The translations under genes were made by a program, and so were the position numbers. The notes beneath the pieces were generated by a model that was not told the DNA's origin, did not search any database, and saw nothing but the letters and a program-made list of their open reading frames with translations. From NCBI GenBank assembly GCA_043228905.1, contig JBHGNT010000044.1, positions 1 through 64,000 on the forward strand: 64,000 bases of DNA, read 5' to 3'. This DNA comes from Azolla caroliniana. Taxonomy: Eukaryota > Plantae > Polypodiophyta. Numbering within the stretch: position 1 is the first letter of the stretch; each line of letters begins with the position of its first letter. Below are positions 57,301 to 64,000 of this stretch, piece after piece.

Positions 57301-60300
57301 TTTGTGTTCATACATGCGAATCGAAGCTAACAATGCTAGCTACGATATGGAATTAAAAAATCAAGATTTTGAAACTCAGGTCGAGAGACATGATGAAAAT
57401 AGAAAACTTGAGGAGGGAGTTGAGAGGAGCCCTTGAGTAAATTAAAATGTTCATACCTGGCTCGTGTGGTATCGGATTTTTGTGTTCAAACATGCGAATC
57501 GAAGCTAACAACGCTAGCTATCATATGGAATTAAAAAATCAAGATTTTTAAACTCGGGTCAAGAGACATGACGAAATTACCAAATTTGAGGAGGGAGTTG
57601 AGAAGAGCCCTTGACTAATTTAAAATGTTCATACCTGGCTCGTGTGATATCGTATTTTTGTGTTCAAACATGCGAATCGAAGCTAACAACGCTTGCTATG
57701 ATATGGAATTAAAAACTCAATATTTTTAAACTCGGGTCAAGAGACATGAAGAAATTAGCAAACTTCAGGAGGGAGTTGAGAGGAGCCCTTGAGTAAATTA
57801 AAATGTTCATACGTGGCTCGTGTGATATCGGATTTTTGTGTTCAAACATGCGAATCGAAGCTCACAACGCTAGCTATGATATGGAATTAAAAAATCAAGA
57901 TTTTGAAACTCAGGTCGAGAGACATGATGAAAATAGAAAACTTGAGGAGGGAGTTGAGAGGAGCCCTTGAGTAACTTAAAATGTTCATACCTGGCTCGTG
58001 TGCTATCGGATTTTTGTGTTCAAACATGCGAATCGAAGCTAACAACGCTAGCTATCATATGGAATTAAAAAATCAAGATTTTGAAACTCAGGGCAAGAGA
58101 CATGAAGAAATTAGGAAACTTGAGGACTGAGTTGAGAAGACCTAGTAGGAAAATTAAAATGTTAATACCTGGCTCGTGTGATATCGGACTTTTGTGTTCA
58201 AACATGCGAATCGAAGCTAACAACGCTAGCTATGATATGGAATTAAAAACTCAAGATTTTTAAACTCGGGTCAAGAGACATGACGAAATTACCAAATTTG
58301 AGGAGGGAGTTGAGAAGAGCCCTTGACTAAATTAAAATGTTCATACCTGGCTCGTGTGATATCGGATTTTTGTGTTCATACATGCGACTCGAAGCTAACA
58401 ATGCTAGCTACGATATGGAATTAAAAAATCAAGATTTTGAAACTCAGGTCAAGAGACATGAAGAAATTACCAAACTTGAGGACTGAGTTGAGAAGACCTA
58501 GTAGGTAAATTAAAATGTTCATTCCTGGCTCGTATGGTATCGGTTTTTTGTGTTCAAACATGCGAATCGAAGCTAACAACGCTAGCTATGATATAGAATT
58601 AAAAAATCAAGATTTTGAAACTCAGGTCCAGAGACATGATGAAAATAGAAAACCTTAGGACGGGGTTGAGAGGAGCCCTTGAGTAAATTAAAATGTTCTT
58701 ACCTGGCTCGTGTGATATCGGATTTTTGTGGTCAAACATGCGAATCGAAGCTAACAACGTTAGCTATCATATGGAATTAAAAAATCAAGATTTTGAAACT
58801 CGGGTCAAGAGACATGAAGAAATTAGCAAACTTGAGGAGTGAGTTGAGAAGACCTACTAGGTAAATTAAAATGTTCATACCTGGCTCGTGTGATATCGGA
58901 TTTTTGTGTTCAAACATGCGAATCGAAGCTAACAACGCTAGCTGTGATATGGAATTAAAAACTCAAGATTTTTAAACTCGGGTCAAGAGACATGACGAAA
59001 TTACCAAATTTGAGGAGGGAGTTGAGAAGAGCCCTGGACTAAATTAAAATGTTCATACCTGGCTCGTGTGATATCGGATTTTTGTGTTCATACATGCGAA
59101 TCGAAGCTAACAATGCTAGCTACGATATGGAATTAAAAAATCAAGATTTTTAAACTCGGGTCAAGAGACATGACGAAATTACCAAATTTGAGGAGGGAGT
59201 TGAGAGGAGCCCTTGACTAATTTAAAATGTTCATACCTGGCTCGTGTGATATCGTATTTTTGTGTTCAAACATGCGAATCGAAGCTAACAACGCTTGCTA
59301 TGATATGGAATTAAAAACTCAATATTTTTAAACTCGGGTCAAGAGACATGAAGAAATTAGCAAACTTGAGGAGGGAGTTGAGAGGAGCCCTTGAGTAAAT
59401 TAAAATGTTCATACGTGGCTCGTGTGATATCGGATTTTTGTGTTCAAACATGCGAATCGAAGCTAACATTGCTAGCTATGATATGGATTTAAAAAATCAA
59501 GATTTTGAAACTCAGGTCGAGAGACATGATGAAAATAGAAAACTTGAGGAGGGGGTTGAGAGGAGCCCTTGAGTAAATTAAAATGTTCATACCTGGCTCG
59601 TGTGATATCGGATTTTTGTGTTCAAACATGCGCATCGAAACTAACAATGCTAGCTACGACATGGAATTAAAAAATCAAGATTTTGAGACTCAGGACGAGA
59701 GACATGATGAAAATAGAAAACTTGGGGAGGGAGTTGAGAGGAGCCCTTGAGTAAATTAAAATGTTCATACCTGGCTCGTGTGGTATCGGATTTTTGTGTT
59801 CAAACATGCGAATCGAAGCTAACAACGCTAGCTATGATATGGAATTAAAAAATCAAGATTTTGAAACTCAGGTCAAGAGACATGAAGAAATTAGCAAACT
59901 TGAGGACTGAGTTGAGAAGACCTAGTAGGTAACTTAAAATGTTCATACCTGGCTCGTGTGATATCGGATTTTTGTGTTCAAACATGCGAATCGAAGCTAA
60001 CAACGCAAGCTATGATATGGAATTAAAAACTCAAGATTTTTAAACTCGGGTCAAGAGACATGACGAAATTACCAAATTTGAGGAGGGAGTTGAGAAGAGC
60101 CATTGACTAAATTAAAATGTTCATACCTGGCTCGTGTGATATCGGATTTTTGTGTTCATACATGCGAATCGAAGCTAACAATGCTAGCTACGATATGGAA
60201 TTAAAAAATCAAGATTTTGAAACTCAGGACGAGAGACATGATGAAAATAGAAAACATGGGGAGGGAGTTGAGAGGAGCCCTTGAGTAAATTAAAATGTTC

Positions 60301-63300
60301 ATACCTGGCTCGTGTGCTATCGGATTTTTGTGTTCAAACATGCGAATCGAAGCTAACAACGCTAGCTATCATATGGAATTAAAAAATCAAGATTTTGACA
60401 CTCAAGTCAAGAGACATGAAGAAATTAGCAAACTTGAGGAGTGAGTTGAGAACACCTAGTAGGTAAAATTAAAATGTTCATACCTGGCTCGTGTGATATT
60501 GGATTTTTGTGTTCAAACATGCGAATCGAAGCTAACAACGCTAGCTATGATATGGAATTAAAAAATCAAGATTTTGAAACTCAGGTCGAGAGACATGATG
60601 AAAATAGAAAACTTGGGGAGGGAGTTGAGAGGAGCCCTTGAGTAAATTAAAATGTTCATACCTGGCTCGTGTGCTATCGGATTTTTGTGTTCAAACATGC
60701 GAATCGAAGCTAACAACGCTAGCTATCATATGGAATTAAAAACTCAAGATTTTTAAACTCGGGTCAAGAGACATGACGAAATTACCAAATTTGAGGAGGG
60801 AGTTGAGAAGAGCCCTTGACTAATTTAAAATGTTCATACCTGGCTCGTGTGATATCGTATTTTTGTGTTCAAACATGCGAATCGAAGCTAACAACGCTTG
60901 CTATGATATGGAATTAAAAAATCAAGATTTTGAAACTCAGGTCAAGAGACATGAAGAAATTAGCAAACTTGAGGAGGGAGTTGAGAGGAGCCCTTGAGTA
61001 AATTAAAATGTTCATACGTGGCTCGTGTGATATCGGATTTTTGTGTTCAAACATGCGAATCGAAGCTAACAATGCTAGCTACGACATGGAATTAAAAAAT
61101 CAAGATTTTGAGACTCAGGACGAGAGACATGATGAAAATAGAAAACTTGGGGAGGGAGTTGAGAGGAGCCCTTGAGTAAATTAAAATGTTCATACCTGGC
61201 TCGTGTGGTATCGGATTTTTATGTTCAAACATGCGAATCGAAGCTAACAACGCTAGCTATGATATGGAATTAAAAAATCAAGATTTTGAAACTCAGGTCA
61301 AGAGACATGAAGAAATTAGCAAACTTGAGGACTGAGTTGAGAAGACCTAGTAGGTAACTTAAAATGTTCATACCTGGCTCGTGTGATATCGGATTTTTGT
61401 GTTCAAACATGCGAATCGAAGCTAACAACGCTAGCTATGATATGGAATTAAAAACTCAAGATTTTTAAACTCGGGTCAAGAGACATGACGAAATTACCAA
61501 ATTTGAGGAGGGAGTTGAGAAGAGCCATTGACTAAATTAAAATGTTCATACCTGGCTCGTGTGATATCGGATTTTTGTGTTCATACATGCGAATCGAAGC
61601 TAACAATGCTAGCTACGATATGGAATTAAAAAATCAAGATTTTGAAACTCAGGACGAGAGACATGATGAAAATAGAAAACATGGGGAGGGAGTTGAGAGG
61701 AGCCCTTGAGTAAATTAAAATGTTCATACCTGGCTCGTGTGCTATCGGATTTTTGTGTTCAAACATGCGAATCGAAGCTAACAACGCTAGCTATCATATG
61801 GAATTAAAAACTCAAGATTTTTAAACTCGGGTCAAGAGACATGACGAAATTACCAAATTTGAGGAGGGAGTTGAGAAGAGCCCTTGACTAATTTAAAATG
61901 TTCATACCTGGCTCGTGTGATATCGTATTTTTGTGTTCAAACATGCGAATCGAAGCTAACAATGCTAGCTACGATATGGAATTAAAAATCAAGATTTGGA
62001 AACTCAGGACGAGAGACATGATGAAAATAGAAAACTTGAGGAGGGAGTTGAGAGGAGCCCTTGAGTAAATTAAAATGTTCATACCTGGCTCGTGTGGTAT
62101 CGGATTTTTGTGTTCAAACATGCGAATCGAAGCTAACAACGCTAGCTATGATATGGAATTAAAAAATCAAGATTTTTAAACTCGGGTCAAAAGACATGAC
62201 GAAATTACCAAATTTGAGGAGGGAGTTGAGAAGAGCCATTGACTAAATTAAAATGTACATACCTGGCTCGTGTGATATCGGATTTTTGTGTTCATACATG
62301 CGAATCGAAGCTAACAATGCTAGCTACGATATGGAATTAAAAAATCAAGATTTTGAAACTCAGGTCGAGAGACATGATGAAAATAGAAAACTTGAGGAGG
62401 GAGTTGAGAGGAGCCCTTGAGTAAATTAAAATGTTCATACCTGGCTCGTGTGGTATCGGATTTTTGTGTTCAAACATGCGAATCGAAGCTAATAACGCTA
62501 GCTATCATATGGAATTAAAAAATCAAGATTTTTAAACTCGGGTCAAGAGACATGACGAAATTACCAAATTTGAGGAGGGAGTTGAGAAGAGCCCTTGACT
62601 AATTTAAAATGTTCATACCTGGCTCGTGTGATATCGTATTTTTGTGTTCAAACATGCGAATCGAAGCTAACAACGCTTGCTATGATATGGAATTAAAAAC
62701 TCAATATTTTTAAACTCGGGTCAAGAGACATGAAGAAATTAGCAAACTTCAGGAGGGAGTTGAGAGGAGCCCTTGAGTAAATTAAAATGTTCATACGTGG
62801 CTCGTGTGATATCGGATTTTTGTGTTCAAACATGCGAATCGAAGCTCACAACGCTAGCTATGATATGGAATTAAAAAATCAAGATTTTGAAACTCAGGTC
62901 GAGAGACATGATGAAAATAGAAAACTTGAGGAGGGAGTTGAGAGGAGCCCTTGAGTAACTTAAAATGTTCATACCTGGCTCGTGTGCTATCGGATTTTTG
63001 TGTTCAAACATGCGAATCGAAGCTAACAACGCTAGCTATCATATGGAATTAAAAAATCAAGATTTTGAAACTCAGAGCAAGAGACATGAAGAAATTAGCA
63101 AACTTGAGGACTGAGTTGAGAAGACCTAGTAGGAAAATTAAAATGTTAATACCTGGCTCGTGTGATATCGGATTTTTGTGTTCAAACATGCGAATCGAAG
63201 CTAACAACGCTAGCTATGATATGGAATTAAAAACTCAAGATTTTTAAACTCGGGTCAAGAGACATGACGAAATTACCAACTTTGAGGAGGGAGTTGAGAA

Positions 63301-64000
63301 GAGCCCTTGACTAAATTAAAATGTTCATACCTGGCTCGTGTGATATCGGATTTTTGTGTTCATACATGCGAATCGAAGCTCACAATGCTAGCTACGATAT
63401 GGAATTAAAAAATCAAGATTTTGAAACTCAGGTCAAGAGACATAAAGAAATTACCAAACTTGAGGACTGAGTTGAGAAGACCTAGTAGGTAAATTAAAAT
63501 GTTCATTCCTGGCTCGTATGGTATCGGTTTTTTGTGTTCAAACATGCGAATCGAAGCTAACAACGCTAGCTATGATATAGAATTAGAAAATCAAGATTTT
63601 GAAACTCAGGTCCAGAGACATGATGAAAATAGAAAACCTTAGGACGGGGTTGAGAGGAGCCCTTGAGTAAATTAAAATGTTCTTACCTGGCTCGTGTGAT
63701 ATCGGATTTTTGTGGTCAAACATGCGAATCGAAGCTAACAACGTTAGCTATCATATGGAATTAAAAAATCAAGATTTTGAAACTCGGGTCAAGAGACATG
63801 AAGAAATTAGCAAACTTGAGGAGTGAGTTGAGAAGACCTACTAGGTAAATTAAAATGTTCATACCTGGCTCGTGTGATATCGGATTTTTGTGTTCAAACA
63901 TGCGAATCGAAGCTAACAACGCTAGCTGTGATATGGAATTAAAAACTCAAGATTTTTAAACTCGGGTCAAGAGACATGACGAAATTACCAAATTTGAGGA
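54302..64000. repeat. Duplicated block at 38-monomer (6764-bp) offset (54302-57236 repeated at 61066-64000, runs off window)
   Basis: GGTCAAAAGA at 55421/62185, GTACATACC at 55491/62255, identical ORFs at 56301/63065, marker pair 56876/63640. Confidence 0.92.
55500..59140. repeat. 10-monomer (1780-bp) tandem duplication, slightly diverged
   Basis: AACTTCAGGA at 55981/57761, GTTAATACC at 56381/58161, marker pair 56876/58656. Each copy has several private SNPs. Confidence 0.88.

Larger units (their letters stand above)
1..64000. repeat. Tandem satellite DNA array, 178-bp monomer, ~360 copies, single orientation, extends beyond both window edges
   Basis: The ATGTTCATACCTGG motif starts at 37 and 215 (178 apart) and recurs to the window end. 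Marker 21101 to 63640 is 42539 bp = 239x178 - 3. I saw no unique sequence or inversion. Confidence 0.99.
19001..64000. repeat. Homogeneous higher-order-repeat domain of subfamily R (basic cycle about 10-12 monomer types, variable period)
   Basis: The marker CCTTAGGACGGGG occurs 21 times (21101 to 63640) at spacings that are all multiples of 178 +/-1. Monomer types recur in a largely conserved order. Confidence 0.93.

Noticed and set aside
19490-61700. G-quadruplex in GGGGAGGGAGTTGAGAGG variants
   Set aside because: At most two runs of three or more G per monomer, so the canonical four-tract pattern is not met.
735-63247. 22 short ORFs (60-78 aa) from the ORF track, many near-identical
   Set aside because: Each spans about one monomer, and the starts I checked are GTG/TTG. 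They fall in different frames (178 is not divisible by 3), appear or vanish with single SNPs and resemble no protein family I know. Their similarity simply reflects the DNA repeat.
1-64000. CRISPR-like or cassette-type repeat/spacer system
   Set aside because: Variable segments are homologous point variants of one another rather than unique spacers, and there are no cas, integrase or other genes.
1-64000. CENP-B box (NTTCGNNNNANNCGGGN) in TTCG-containing motifs
   Set aside because: TTCG occurs (ATTCGCAAG on +, CTTCGATTCG on -), but the downstream A and CGGG are not at the required spacing.
1-64000. Identity with Arabidopsis CEN178, alpha satellite, 5S rDNA or tRNA/snRNA arrays
   Set aside because: Only the length is similar. 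I recognise no sequence hallmarks of these families; a BLAST/Rfam search would be needed to exclude distant similarity.
1-64000. Embedded retrotransposon, telomeric repeat or inversion
   Set aside because: On reading through, every stretch aligned to the monomer in the same orientation, and marker spacings leave no room for an insertion in 21-64 kb.

Overview
The whole 64-kb window is one uninterrupted, head-to-tail satellite DNA array of about 360 copies of a 178-bp monomer, all in one orientation. The approximate right-side consensus is AAATTAAAATGTTCATACCTGGCTCGTGTGATATCGGATTTTTGTGTTCAAACATGCGAATCGAAGCTAACAACGCTAGCTATGATATGGAATTAAAAAATCAAGATTTTGAAACTCAGGTCGAGAGACATGATGAAAATAGAAAACTTGAGGAGGGAGTTGAGAGGAGCCCTTGAGT. 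I find no genes, RNA genes, transposon insertions or CRISPR array, and the listed ORFs are chance open frames in the repeat. Monomer length and organisation resemble a eukaryotic, possibly centromeric or pericentromeric, satellite (inference; I do not recognise the family or species). The interest lies in the internal architecture. There are three layers: a divergent, indel-rich subfamily (1 to ~13.4 kb), an intermediate layer (~13.4-19 kb) and a homogeneous higher-order-repeat (HOR) domain (~19-64 kb). The HOR domain keeps a largely fixed order of monomer types but a variable period (4-28 monomers) and is built from nested, in-register tandem duplications (3- to 38-monomer offsets). Microhomology-flanked deletion monomers act as lineage markers. 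I found no support for a novel coding system. All positions were read by eye: marker offsets were calculated from the coordinates, and block boundaries are approximate.
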